A DNA stretch of 63,514 nucleotides, the filler included, from Octopus bimaculoides (taxonomy: Eukaryota), in the NCBI RefSeq assembly GCF_001194135.2. It is 5 parts of 5 records of this genome, joined end to end, with 100 filler letters (N's around TTAATTAATTAA, not from the genome) between each part and the next. Parts side by side here need not be neighbours in the genome. Positions count along the whole stretch, not along the records: positions 31,872 to 54,986 come from NC_069009.1; positions 55,087 to 60,369 come from NC_068982.1; positions 60,470 to 63,514 come from NC_068991.1; 2 more parts are not named here. One strand, given 5' to 3'. Below, one piece after another: positions 51,177-63,514 of this stretch. The notes under the pieces were generated by a model, which saw only the letters and a program-made list of their open reading frames with translations, was not told the origin of the DNA and made no database searches. Numbering within the stretch: the stretch's first letter is position 1; every line of letters begins with the position of its first letter. The position numbers and the translations under genes are program-made.

Positions 51177-51351
51177 TTCAATTTCTGTGTCTTCCTTGGT
51201 TGTGGTTACAATCTGGTGTAAATCCAGTCTTCAGCTACAGCAGCGCCACCTAGGATCAAAGAAAAGAAAAAGAAATGAAGATAATAATCTATTGTAATAC
51301 ACAAACATGCAAATATATATATACACACGCATATATGTATATGCATATATA

Positions 51352-51825
51352 CAGTAAATCCTCGAGTATACTCCGCCCTTGAGTATAATACACAGGGGAT
51401 TTTTAGGGGGCTGTACCTCTGAAAAACCTAAACCTTGTGTGTAATATGTACCCCTTCTCTAACTTGAGTCAAGGAGGTCTATATAATGTCCTTGGTTTGT
51501 AAACTTATATACGGTAACGTCCTTTATTATTATTGTATATACAACATAATGCAAACGTGTAGCTTTTTTGTGCACTTTGTTTGCAGACAGTAATAACGTC
51601 AGTGAAAAATAATTATTGAGTAAATTGCCTTTATATATTTATCACTATCAGTTACAAGCCCGACATCACAAAATGCGTCTGAATAAACATTGCCAGACAG
51701 AAAATAGAGACTCGGACATTGCTTGGAAAATATTTTTCATTTTTAACCTTGTATATAGTATGCACTAGGGATTTTGACCTTTAAATTTTGGGGGAAAAAT
51801 GCGGATTATACTCGAGGATTTACGG
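51352..51825. mobile_element. Tc1/mariner-pogo type MITE upstream of synapsin
   Basis: TA-CAGTAAATCCTCGAGTATA ... TATACTCGAGGATTTACGG-TA: 19-bp TIR with 1 mismatch and a TA TSD. Confidence 0.88.
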
Positions 51826-51966
51826 TATTGATAAATAGATATATAGATAGATAAGTATATAGAAAGGTAGATAGATATGAACACATATATATTTAAAGAT
51901 ATATGTGTATGTGTATATATATATGTGTCTGTGTGTATGTATGTGTGCATAAAGATAGATATATAT

Positions 51967-52358
51967 TTTTTTACATGTTTCAGTCATTTGGCAGTGGCCT
52001 TGCTGGAGCACCACCATGAAAGGCGAACAAATCAATCCCAGGACATATTTTTTAAACTTAGTACTCATTCTATCAGTCTCTTTAGCTGAACCACTATGTT
52101 ATGGAGACGTAAAGACACCAACAGTGGTTGTCAAGGGGTGATGGGGGGGACAAACAAAAACACAAAGACACACACTTAGATATATATATACATATATAAA
52201 TATATTTGACAGGCTTCTTTCAGTTTCCATCTACCAGATTCACTCACAGGGCTTTGTTCGGCCTGAGGCTATTGTAGAAGATACTTGCCCAATGTGCCAC
52301 GCAGTGGGACAGAACCCGGATCCTTTTGGTTGGGAAGCAAGCTGCTTACCACACAGGC
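51967..52358 (-). mobile_element. Full-length SINE family B
   Basis: Same architecture as the other B copies. Confidence 0.8.
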
Positions 52359-52559
52359 TCTTCTCTACCTATGTGTTTATGTATTTGTGTCGTAAGATTC
52401 CTGATGTGAAATGATTTCAGACAGAAGACACTAAAGTAATAATAATAATAAAACAGATGTGAGGAATAAGTATATAGTCTGTGTGGGTTATTTGGCAACA
52501 ACATAAAATTTAAAAAATGACCATTCCAAAATATAACAATATCAGTTTCAACACAAGAT

Positions 52560-52925
52560 TTCTCAAATAGCGGACTTGGTTAGAGTGATAAGAAATGTGT
52601 CCCACATGTGCAACCCAACGGAATTAGAAGGACACATACAACACTTCATTCACTGTATTCAATCTTGAAGAGTTGTGAGAGCTCAGCCACAGAGAACGGC
52701 ATCTCATACCAGTGAAGATGGAGAAGGATTTAGATGCATCTCTTCCCAGGCGCATTGAAGCAATTATTCAAGCTAAGGGAAGCCACACGAAATATTAGCA
52801 ATGTACAATAACTTCTTCAAATGAACATTATGTAATAAATTGTCATTATGGACATTTTTTTCTGCTTTAAAACACTGTATCTTGACTGGTTTATGTGAGG
52901 TGGCCAAAAACTTTTGCATGACCAT
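52560..52925 (+). mobile_element. Tc1 transposase C-terminal remnant and right end
   Basis: SLPRRIEAIIQAKGSHTKY*, followed by TIR-like GTGGCCAAAACTTTTGCA. Confidence 0.75.
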
Positions 52926-53409
52926 TTTTGGTGGTCGTCTTGCATCTTCCCCTCTTATGCAGAACCCCTATTACAAAATATAATGATTAGGTATGGAAAT
53001 GACTCCAGCAGGGCCAGTGTTTCATCTTTAAAAAACGTAATGCGAGACATCCACTTATAAGTTGGCAATTTGGAGAAATTTACAATAGTTTAAAGTGGCC
53101 GAAGACTTTTGCCCGGTACTATACACACACACACACACACACACACACATACTTACATATTCACACGCATACATACATAGCACATACACATATATGGACC
53201 ATGCATATATGCATGCGTGATTGCATGTATAAATGCATGTATGTATGCTCATATATATGTGTACCTACATAAAGAGTAATGACCCCTTTGGTTATGAATG
53301 ACCATGGGATTGCACCTGGAAAGTTTCCCTCCAATGTTGTTTGTGGAAGACCAGCCGTCACCCATGCATACCAAACTCCCTTCTCCTTACCATTATATGT
53401 ACATAGGGT

Positions 53410-53755
53410 AAAGGGTAAAGTACCCCTTTGATCGTGAATAACCATGAGTTTGTACTTAGAAAGTTACCCTCCGAGGCACAAGTTCAGGCAAGGTTGTTTA
53501 TGGAAGACCAGCAGTCGCCCATGCATACCAGCCTCTCCTCTCCACAGCACCAATGTTATCCAGGGGAAGGGCAAAGGGGCCCGATACAGGTTGACACCAG
53601 TGACGTCGCAACTCATTTCTACAGCCGAGTGAACTGGAGCAACGTGAAATAAAGTGTCTTGCTCAAGAACACAACACGCAGCCCGATTCAGGAAATCGAA
53701 CTCACAACCTCACGTTTGTAAGCCTGATGCTCGAACCACTGAGCCATGCGCCTTC
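53410..53755 (-). mobile_element. CORE-type SINE with long 3' region
   Basis: The reverse complement has GCGCATGGCTCAGTGG, GAGTTCGATTTCC and GTGTTCTTGAGCAAGACACTTTA...TTGCTCCAGTTCACTCGGCTG. Confidence 0.8.
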
Positions 53756-54826
53756 ACACACACATGCACACACACACACATGCACACACACACACACATG
53801 CACACACACACACATGCACACACACACACATGCACACACACACACATGCACACACACACACTGACGGAGTGCCAGTAGTAATCAGTTAACATATGATAAT
53901 CTGGATGTGTTAGAAAGGGATTTATTGCAATTCCTTACATAATGATTAATGCATAGTGTATCTGTATTTGCAAAAGCGACCGATAGAATAAGTACTAGGC
54001 TTACAAAGAATAAGTCCTGGGGTCGATCTGCTCGACTAAAGGCGGTGCTCCAGCATGGCCGCAGTCAAATGACTGAAACAAGTAAAAGAGTATATATATG
54101 AATTTATTTCTATGTATTTTATTTTATGCACAGATTTTCGATGCTACCTTATGTTTCATGCCTTATAGTTTGGAATTTTCAAATGTTCAGCTTAAAATTT
54201 ATGATAATCCATTTCCCCGTTCTATTTGACTCTGAGACTTTACAAGACTTCAGGCATTATAAGGTGGTGCAAAGTAAAATTCGAAATACACAGATGAGGG
54301 GAAGTAAATATTTAGTGATTTTAGCAGTTGTTATTTCCCTTGTGTATTGATCTTTGGAAGTGGTTGTAGAATATCCAAGCCTACTTGCTTTAGCTGTTGC
54401 CATTTTATGGTACATATGACTGTGCAGTAAGCATGAGTCATGCTCTGTGCAAAATTATGGAAAATATGCATTTTGGGGGAATATTGAATAAGTATGCCTA
54501 TTACATGATCTGCGTTAACGTGGGTGTAATCTTTAATTGTTTGCTTGTTTCAGTCATTTGCGTGCGGCCATACTGGAGCACTGCCTTTATTTGAACAAGT
54601 TGACCCCAGGACTTGTTCTTTGTAAGTCTAGTACTCATTCAATCGAGCCCATTTTTCTATTTAAGGTTTTCTTCGATACTTTTTTAAAATAGGATGAATC
54701 TATATTAAATTCATTTGTTTTGTTCATTACGCATCCATAACCGTTATTTGAAACGACCAATCAAACGACCATGTGTTTTAAATTTTATATCACTTTTGAT
54801 TGCATTGTTATTCCTTTCCGATTTCT

Positions 54827-54880
54827 AACAAAACTGTCCGATGAACGGGAACGTGAAACTCAGAGTAACAATCTTTTGTT
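54827..54880 (+). ncRNA. Minimal type I hammerhead ribozyme-like motif (CCGAUGA core variant)
   Basis: AACAAAA-C-TGT-CCGATGA-ACG-ggaa-CGT-GAAA-CTC-a-GAG-TA-ACA-atc-TTTTGTT: all three helices pair; GUA triplet. Confidence 0.65.
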
Positions 54881-56079
54881 ATATTTCTGCTGCTTTTAAA
54901 TAAATAAATATATGTATATATATATATGTACAAATTTGTAACTCCTATTAGCAAACGAAACATGTGTAATGGTGAATGATAATACTNNNNNNNNNNNNNN
55001 NNNNNNNNNNNNNNNNNNNNNNNNNNNNNNTTAATTAATTAANNNNNNNNNNNNNNNNNNNNNNNNNNNNNNNNNNNNNNNNNNNNGTGTCTGTGTTTGT
55101 CCCCCCACTACCGCTTGATAACCGATGTTGGTGTTATTATGTCCCCCGTAACTTAACGGTTCGACAAGAGAGACCGATGGAATAAGTACAGTGCTTACTA
55201 AGAATAAATCCTGAGGTCAATTTCTTCGACTAAAGGTGGTGCTCAAACATGGCCGCAGTCAAATGACTGAAGTAAATAAAAAAGTAAAAGAGTATATGTC
55301 TCTACCACGCTGGTAATAATATTTTCAAATATTAGCACAAGTCCAGCAAATTTGGGGGAAGTGTAAGTCGATTACTTCGACACCAGTGGTCAACTGGTAC
55401 TTATTTTGTCGACCCTGAAAGGACGAAAAGTAGAGTTGACCTCGACGGAATTTGAACCAGAATGTAGAGACGTACAAAATACTGCTACGCATTCCCCCCA
55501 GTTGCTAACGATTCTGCCAGCTCACCGCTTTCTTGGATAAAATCATGTCTGTATGCAATAAAAATGGCCGCATTAAACCTCTGATCGTGGTCTCTAATCC
55601 AGCTCTAACTGAGCACACTTATGATCAAAGGGACGGAGATATTTTAGTTATGACTGATTTATGACCGACTGTTCCATGTTTTGCGACTTAGTGTAAGACT
55701 TTTTTCTTCAATGCGTTCTGCCTTATTTAAGACAATAGGATATGATTTTCAGCTTGATTAAACCTGCTCTTTCCCACAAATCGAGCGACCTCGCCTAGAG
55801 CCATCTTACTTTGTCTTAGTATCTTTTCAAAACTTAACACTTCATGTCTTATAGCAATCACAGGCGCACACTCACTCGTGTGTCTTTGTATTTACATCTA
55901 TCTGCTTGTTTGTTTGTCTATGTATGTATTAGCTGTTTGAGGTCTTGCTGCAAGGAAGGAGCTGCTTTCTAACATAGATACAAATCTTCATTGTTGAAAT
56001 GTATATAACAAATACAAATCCACGTTTTGAACTCCAAAAGTTTGCTTATTTTTATTGTTCTGCTTACAGATTCTATTTC

Positions 56080-57250
56080 TTATCTACGTGTTAGCTGGTT
56101 GATTTCTTTTTCTGAAAACGCCAGCTTATCCGGATTGTCACTAACCTCACAAAAACCAACTGCACCAATTATGCAGATCAAAAAAATTCTTTTTATCTCT
56201 GCTGTCAAAGAATGTGGACCTGAACTAGTGGTTGTTTTGGCACGCAGAATCCGAAAATAACATCCATTTATTACCATCACTTCAAGATTTTAAGATACTG
56301 GATCAATAGAATTTCCTTGTTTTTTGTTTCAATAAAACAGTTTATGAGGAACAAAGCATAGCATACATATATACATAGTAATTGGTTTTTCCTTAATCTC
56401 AGAATGCCTTCTTGAAAAACAAGAAAAATCTTAAGTTTTCTGCAGGCAAATTACATCATTGTTTATTCCTAATTATCTATGAATTTGCGTTGGAATGATT
56501 TTCATATCCCGCCATCACATGCAAGTCCCATCTGCCTTGATAGCTTTGTTCCATTGATTTTTATGTCCTAATGGAAGTGTTCTACCTGCTCATCACTTAT
56601 GTCACCAAGAGTTTCAGGGACTTTATGAAGGTAACTTTGGAGATGCTGCAGCTTTATGCGCATATTTGCTCCTAACTTTTGTAAGTCTTCCAGTATTGTT
56701 GCCGATGATTTTGACATCGCTGGCTTCTTTCTTGTTGCCCAGAAAGTCATTTACAACTACTAAAAATGTATCTCATGCAGTTTATTGAATTTACGAAGTT
56801 CCCATCTTTCATCAGTTTTTTTTTTTATTTGCGGCCCATCAAATACTCTAGCTTTTATCATTTCACTGCTCAGACAGGGAAATTCGCTGCGGATATAGTG
56901 AAAGCTCGGTCGGTCTTTGTACAGAGCGTTAAAAAATTGCTTCATACTGCTCAGTTTGATAAGAAATATAGGTAGGCTGAACTAACAGCTCTTCAGCCAC
57001 ATTAAAATACCTTGGAACTCATGTCCGCTGTAGCCATTCTTTGATCACATAATGATTTTCCATTGCTTTGCTGCCCTGCATATATGAAAAACATAGATAT
57101 ATGATTATCTACTTTGTTGCCCTAGGGAAAAAATAGCCATCTTAAAGTCCATGTATATCAACCAGGGATAATTGGAGGGTTTGAATATCTTGAAATCTAG
57201 ATATGTTGGTAAAATATAGATTCCGTTTTTCGATTCAGCATATCAGAAGA
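56080..57250 (-). mobile_element. Decayed DNA transposon, CMC/Chapaev3-like
   Basis: DFKMAIFSLGQQS, MKQFFNAL, FDGPQIKK and LGANMRIKLQHLQSYL..VPETLGDISDEQVEHFH. The family name is from memory of these motifs. Confidence 0.6.
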
Positions 57251-57269
57251 ATCATTCAAAGCAGGTAAA

Positions 57270-57800
57270 AACATTCTGACAACAAAGTACCTGTTAGGTT
57301 CTGTCATTATTGATGTAAGTGTGAATTTATAATTTGGATACAGCAGCTGGTGTTTTCGAAATAGTTGTCCGTAGTTATCTTCTTCCTCTTTGATTTTCGA
57401 AGAGATATTCTTATCAGCATGGCAGCTGGACTCTATGACGGTACATACTTTTTCTTTTCTGTTTCAAATGATGATATCCAGTCTTTTATGTCTGCACTTG
57501 TTAAACATGTTGATAGGAATGTCTCACCAATATTCCTTGTACTCATTTTTATGTATGTATTCAATGATAGAGGGATTCTCTATATTTATTCCAAACCAAT
57601 CTTTTCTTCTGACGGCTTTGTGTATTGATTTAACGACAGCATCTTTTCGCATTGGGAGGTATGTTGATGGTATTTTTAGGTACTTGCTAATCACATGTCT
57701 GATGTCTGCCACAGAAATGTGACATCATCGACATTTTGGGTTGCATCTTTGAACTTCAAGGGCTATAATTTTACCTTTTCATGCAAGGTTTCAGCTAAGC
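57270..57800 (-). mobile_element. Non-LTR retrotransposon C-terminus with CCHC and restriction-like endonuclease (R4/NeSL/HERO-like)
   Basis: CR.CH...DIRHVIS...YLPMRKDAVVK...W.DIPI...C.HKRLDIII..R.EKVCTVIE.SC.AD.NI. Confidence 0.7.
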
Positions 57801-58544
57801 AATGGAGTTAAAGAAGCAAATTATTATGTGCTCCCAATGCTTATAAGAGTGAAGTGTACCACTTCCTACTGTCTATTAATAACTATATGTATATATTGGA
57901 TTATTGCAACTTACCTCTCTTTGACATTAGTCCTTCACAAGTAAGCTAAAATTCTAATGTCTCCACTAGCTACGAATGTGAAGCTTGTATTATTATCTTT
58001 ATTCAGGTTATTGACTTTTGAGCTGAAAGTTGTTAAAAAAACACTGGAGCGTGGCATTAACTACTTAAGTGTATTTAATGTTGTCCCTTAATGTTAAGAC
58101 TTCAAATAACACCGACTTTGGCTTTACGTATCTTTTCTCAAAGCCTGATAACACGAATATCAGAAATCAACTAAACACCGACTATAACCTTTCGACTATA
58201 TTTTCTTTGTTTTTGTTGAAAATATTTATTTTGATATTATTAATCAAAAACCTTAAGCAGACAGAAACGTTTGAGTATCGAATAACACGAGTTAAGCTTT
58301 CTTTAATCTGTTTATCTTTTTATTCCTTTACTTGTTTTAGATTTTTAGACAGTTGCCATGCTGAGGGAAAGCTTTGAAAGATTCTTAGTCAAGTAGATTG
58401 ACCCCCCAATACTTATTCTTTGAAAAGTCTGGTACTTATTCTATCAGTCTCTATTACTGAACCGTTAGGTTAACAAGACGCAAACAAACCGGCAACAATT
58501 GTCAAGCGGTAGAGTAGATAATCCTTCACAACACAAATACAAAG

Positions 58545-58575
<31 letters not shown>

Positions 58576-58896
58576 GGTGCGCACACACACACAACTTACA
58601 AGGTGTTTGTCGGCCCAGGGTTATAATACAAGACCCTTGCCTAAGATGCTGTGCATTAGGACTTAACTAAAAACTACGTGGCTGCAAAGCGAGTTTCTTA
58701 TCCACACAGTTTTATGACGCTCACCCTCACTGTGGCAAATCAGAATTAGTGTTTGTCAGTAAGTCATTATTACTTTATTAGTTCGATTCACAAATAACTC
58801 GGAGACGCCATCTTCGTAGTAATATACACCTAGAATAGAAATACTAACTATTAGTTTAAATCCCCTAAGTGATAAAATCTCCGATCGTATATGTAA

Positions 58897-59275
58897 AGAT
58901 GCGTGGGTTAGTGCTTTGGGTATTCGGCTCACGATCGTAATCGTCGTGATTTCGATTCCTAGCAGCGCGTTGTGTCCTTGATCAAGTTCTCCCTGATCAA
59001 GATCTCGTTGATCAAGATCTCGTTGATCAAGATCTCGTTGATCAAGATCTCGTTGCTCCAGTTGTCTCAGCTGGTAAAAGAATATGCTGTACCTCTAATG
59101 AAAAGGGCCACCTTTGTCATGTTGTGTTATGCTGAATCTGCCTGAGAACTTCGTTAAGAGTACGCGTATCTGTAGAGTACTCAGCCACTTGCATGTTAGT
59201 TTCACGAGAAGGCTGTTCCGTTGATCGGATCAATTGGAACACTCGTCGTCATAACCGACGGAGAATCAGGCAGGT
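58897..59275 (+). mobile_element. SINE with CORE head and family C-like 3' end, carrying an internal 15-bp tandem array
   Basis: TGATCAAGATCTCGT x4 plus one degenerate copy at 58979-59053, inside the CORE. Confidence 0.8.
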
Positions 59276-60282
59276 GATAACTAACACTCTTCATCACGGA
59301 ACAAATTTACTGTTCATTGGTCAGTCTTACTTTAGCTGCATGTTCAATGTGCATTCGTTTACGACGTGCATTTCTTTTTTGAACGATCAATCCCATGTTT
59401 CATACTGGTTTTGACTTGAAATACTTCTTGATACAACATTTAATTGGGATTGTATCAATTTATCTTTCAAACAATCAAGATCAGCGTTTGTTTCTTTTAA
59501 AATTCATGGGGTTCTGAAGACGATTTTGTAACCGGTTGACGGATGTATTTCTCCGAAAATATGACCATGAAGGAAAATCAAATGTAAGCCGGCGTTACAG
59601 AATATTTGGGCCGCCGTCGGCTAAGGTTGGTCATGCATCTACACACGTATGAGCAGGACTGACTAAGATTTTTTTGCCTAAGACTGGCAGTCGCCCATGT
59701 ATATAAATTTCCCCTCTCCACGGCATCAATGTTTATCTGTTGACTTGGTGGACGTGGAAGCACAACCGGCTCCCTGCGTCTTTGATCCTCGACAATTTAA
59801 CCGGGAGTGGGTATCCATTACAACATTGACTGCAGTCGACCGTTGGATGCTGTCAGCATTGGTGAAGGACGTGGTGAACTTGTTGATCGGAGCTGGCTCA
59901 ACCCACCCTGGGTGAATGCTGCCGCAAGTATAAATTTAACGCCATACCATTTCAGTCGTTGCTGTCAGAACGCAGACAACCGGAAATATACCACAAGATA
60001 TTTTGTCCAATTCTTTAACAGTTCCACCCATCTACTACCATGAATTTGTAGTGTTTTTATATCGATCTAGAAAGAATGTAAGGCAAGGTGGATCTCTGCG
60101 CGATTTGAACTCAGAACATATAGATTCGGAAAGAATACACCGAAGCATTGTATCCAATGCTTTAATGACTTTGCCATTTCATCTCCTTTAGAACCACATG
60201 AGCCCCACATTCTCATTCAGTTGTACTGCCAGTCTCATTTAATCGTTCCAAGTAAATATCTGTTAACGATATTTAGTATATA

Positions 60283-60370
60283 CTAGCAGAAATACCCGGC
60301 GTTGCCCGGGTTAAAGAGAATAATGAAATCTAAAAACGCCGTCTAGACTACGCATCATCTTTATATATAN
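60283..60370 (-). mobile_element. Non-autonomous Helitron 3' terminus
   Basis: Minus strand: CCCGG-gcaacg-CCGGG hairpin, 8 nt, then CTAG|T. The other end runs into a gap. Confidence 0.75.
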
Positions 60371-61577
60371 NNNNNNNNNNNNNNNNNNNNNNNNNNNNNN
60401 NNNNNNNNNNNNNTTAATTAATTAANNNNNNNNNNNNNNNNNNNNNNNNNNNNNNNNNNNNNNNNNNNNTATATATTGTCCGAAAAGTATAGTATTAAAT
60501 ATCCATCACGGGTGATCTTACCAATCGGTTTCGCGTAAAGAATGCAATAGAGTGTTAGGTAACAATCCGATTATATAACTTTACGCTCATCAGAGTTAGC
60601 CGATATAGAAGGAAATATGGTGACTGCTCCCTATTTTCGGTGATAGATTAGCACAACCAGTCAGTGGCAGCTGTGGAAAGAGGAGGTGAAACGAAAAAGG
60701 GACCAGGGGATTAGGTTAGGAGCTATGTCCTCTGATTGAGCATGATGTGAAGCCGGCAATAGTTATGTTGAAGTGGAGTGGGTGTGTATTATTAATGTAG
60801 TATACCTGTGGTACCTTCACACATGCACAGAACCCCCAAACCCACACAATACACGTTACACACCGCATGCTAAAATACCCTCACTCCCACGACTTTATCC
60901 TTTACCGATAGAAAACAGACCGACGAACAGAGCTTTATATACCTACACCTTCGGATAAAATTATGAATATGGCACCTTAACAAATATCCCGCATCCCATT
61001 CCCAAAGGAGCACAACATTAATAATACACGCCTTCTCCGCTTCAAGATAACTCTTGCCGGCTTCACAACATACTCAACTCTACTGATAGACATAAAAGTG
61101 CATCTTTTCCTTGTCTTATCGTCTCTGTTTAGTTCCAGATGCCGGCTAACCACAACGGTCAGTATCCAATACCAGTGCTAGTTACCGATAAATTCTCCCG
61201 TTGGGTAATTACGTGAGTCAGAAATAACCCGAAACCAGGCTAGTGAATTGGTCCCGTCGCTAGAAGGTGCTTGGAATTCGTTCCCTTGTTCGTAATATAT
61301 CTGATGCAGCTGTGCATCGTTAACCAACTAGAGATGTCTTTTTGAGGTTAATAAATCGCAGTAGCGTCTGCTCGAATGGAACAGCCATGTTGAAGTGACG
61401 ACGAATATTACTTGCTGGTACAACTACTGCAATCATCTCTTAGAGAGATTTTAGAACTAGCGTTATAGCTTGTTCCAAAATAACATATGCAATAACTAGA
61501 AATGAGAGCTAAAATTATAGTTAAACACGATGAATATAAAACCATATCCCCTTGGGCAATATTTGGCGGAGATTTAA

Positions 61578-62020
61578 GGCAGAAAGCTGCTTGACAGAAA
61601 CGTTAGTACGTCGGGCGAAATGCTTAGCGATATTTCGTCTGTTTTATGTTCTGAGTTTAAATTCCGCCTAGGTCGACTTTGCCTTTCATCATTTTGGGGT
61701 CGATAAATTAAGTACCAGTTGCGTACCGGAGGTGACATAATCGACTGGCCCCCTCTTCCAAAATTTCGGGCCTTGGGCCTAGAGTAGAAAAGGATATTTG
61801 CCGGAGATTTAAGTCAGCGAGCTAGCAGAATCGTTAGCACGTCGGGTGAAATGCTAAGCTGTATTCCATCCCACTGTACGTTCAAAATCCGCCGTGGTCA
61901 ACTTTGCCTTTTATCCTTTCTGACTCAATAAGATAAGTACCAATGAAGCACTGGAGTCGAAGTAACCGTCTTATCCCATCCCCCAAAATTCCTAGCCTCA
62001 TTCCAAAATTTGAACCCAAT
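61578..62020 (+). mobile_element. Two tandem SINE family A copies
   Basis: Both are preceded by ATATTTG(G/C)CGGAGATTTAAG (61560 and 61794). Confidence 0.8.
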
Positions 62021-62114
62021 AATCGAAGGAGACCTGACTGCAATTTCTGAAAGATAGTGCAGACGAATAGAAGACCCTGTCGTTGGTTCGTTATGTTGTA
62101 TCTGGAGATACAGT

Positions 62115-62494
62115 GGAGGCGCAATGGCCCAGTTGTTGGGGCAGAGGACTCGCGGTCATAGGATCGTGGTTTCGATTCCCAGACCGGGCGTTATGAGTGT
62201 TTATTGAGCGAAAACACCTAAAGCTCCACGAGGCTCCGGCAGGGGATGGTGGCGAATCCTGCTGTACTCTTTCACCACAACTTTCTCTCATTCTTACTTC
62301 CTGTTTCTGTTGTGCCTGTAATTCAAAGGGTCAGCCTTGTCACACTGTGTCACGCTGAATATCCCCGAGAACTACGTTAAGGGTACACGTGTCTGTGGAT
62401 TACTTAGCCACTTGCACATTAATTTCACGAGCAGGCTGTTCCGTTGATCGAATCAACTGGAACCCTCGACGTCGTAAACGACGGAGTGCCAACA
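62115..62494 (+). mobile_element. Full-length tRNA-derived SINE family C
   Basis: GGAGGCGCAATGGCCCAG head, GGTTTCGATTCCC B-box and 3' CCCTCGACGTCGTAAACGACGGAGTG. Confidence 0.88.
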
Positions 62495-62768
62495 TTTGGA
62501 GATACGCTTTTACGTTATGAGCTCAGGTCTTGTCCAGAACATTCACCATTAATAAAGATGAAGTATTTCCAAAATGCCGATTTCGACTCTAGATACGCTT
62601 CGCTAAAGCCATATATGAATTTGTGCTAATATTAAAAAGCAATAATTTCATAAAAGACAGCAGAACTGTTACAATCGTTGGTTTAAGTTATTTTGCTTTT
62701 CTTTTACAATTTAATGACTTCAGGGAATTGCATGAACACGATGAATTTCCATCTCCTCTTTTTTGTTT

Positions 62769-62812
<44 letters not shown>

Positions 62813-63514
62813 GTCTGTCTTTCTGTCTTTCTCTCTCTATATAGCACACACACACGCACACACACAACTTTTCAAGGTAACCAGCTGTGATCAGATATTG
62901 TGAGCGATAGGCTTCGCCAGATCTAAATCGTTTAATATGTCCTGTATATCGGAGTAACACCTCAAGACTCCATTAGGAGTCGAGACCTCATCGCTTACGT
63001 CATACGTATGGGTGTGCGTGTGCATGTGAGAGCTTGTGTGTATGTGAGTGTGAGCATGTGCGTCTGTGCATGTGTATGTGTGCATGTGTGTGTGCATGTG
63101 TATGTGTATATTCTGAAACACACGGCCTTTATGACTGAGAAAATAAAACGATACATGTATGGAGTGTGCTGTGTAAAGTACGTTATTCCCCAATGAGCAT
63201 CTCATGAACAGTATTACGAATCCTGGAGGTAAGCATGTCATATTATTGACGTCATAGGCCATCATAATGTTATTGGCAATAGTTTATTTCTTTTCAATCT
63301 AAACTCTTTTACGAATACCAAGATAAAGGATACTCAAATACAGGAAACGCGATACAAAGGAAAGCAGATCTGTGCTGTTAGCGTTTCTATTACACGATTG
63401 AAACTTAACAACACACGCTAATAATTCTCCTATGTGTTTTACTTGTTTCACTCAATGGGCTGCGATCATGCTGGGGCACCACCTTGGATGGTTTAGTCGA
63501 ACAAATCGGCTCCA

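Noticed and set aside
51229-51248. RE1/NRSE-like TTCAGC...CAGCGCC upstream of synapsin
   Set aside because: It is 3 nt shorter than canonical spacing with a poor left half, and a REST orthologue in molluscs is not established. Probably chance overlap with the CTCF-like motif.

Overview
AT-rich, microsatellite-dense and gap-riddled animal genomic DNA, most likely from an octopus (inferred from the SINE types and the synapsin sequence). The only host gene I can support is synapsin on the minus strand. Five coding exons (50134-49854, 40402-40345, 37952-37861, 35448-35298, 34396-34307) have canonical GT-AG sites and consistent phases. They encode domain A (FLRRRFSS PKA site), domain B and the first half of domain C, ending at ...YYPNHKEM. 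No later exon was found, so everything below 34307 appears to be a single intron of more than 34 kb. This is the position where TIMP genes are nested in vertebrates and Drosophila, but I saw no TIMP exon. The rest is decayed transposons (Tc1/mariner, a piggyBac-type MITE, Chapaev-like, Helitron, Penelope-like, CR1/RTE/REL LINEs), several tRNA-derived SINE families, minisatellites and foldback elements. The strongest finding is that the synapsin reading frame has no AUG start: an in-frame TAA lies just upstream, and an ATT in CAAA context sits where the fly N-terminus begins, pointing to non-AUG initiation. Other findings are several minimal type I hammerhead-ribozyme folds, a tandem in-frame alternative donor adding VSNLW, and inverted SINEs bracketing the 150-nt exon 2+3 unit. 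All alignments and family assignments were done by eye or from memory; no searches were run.
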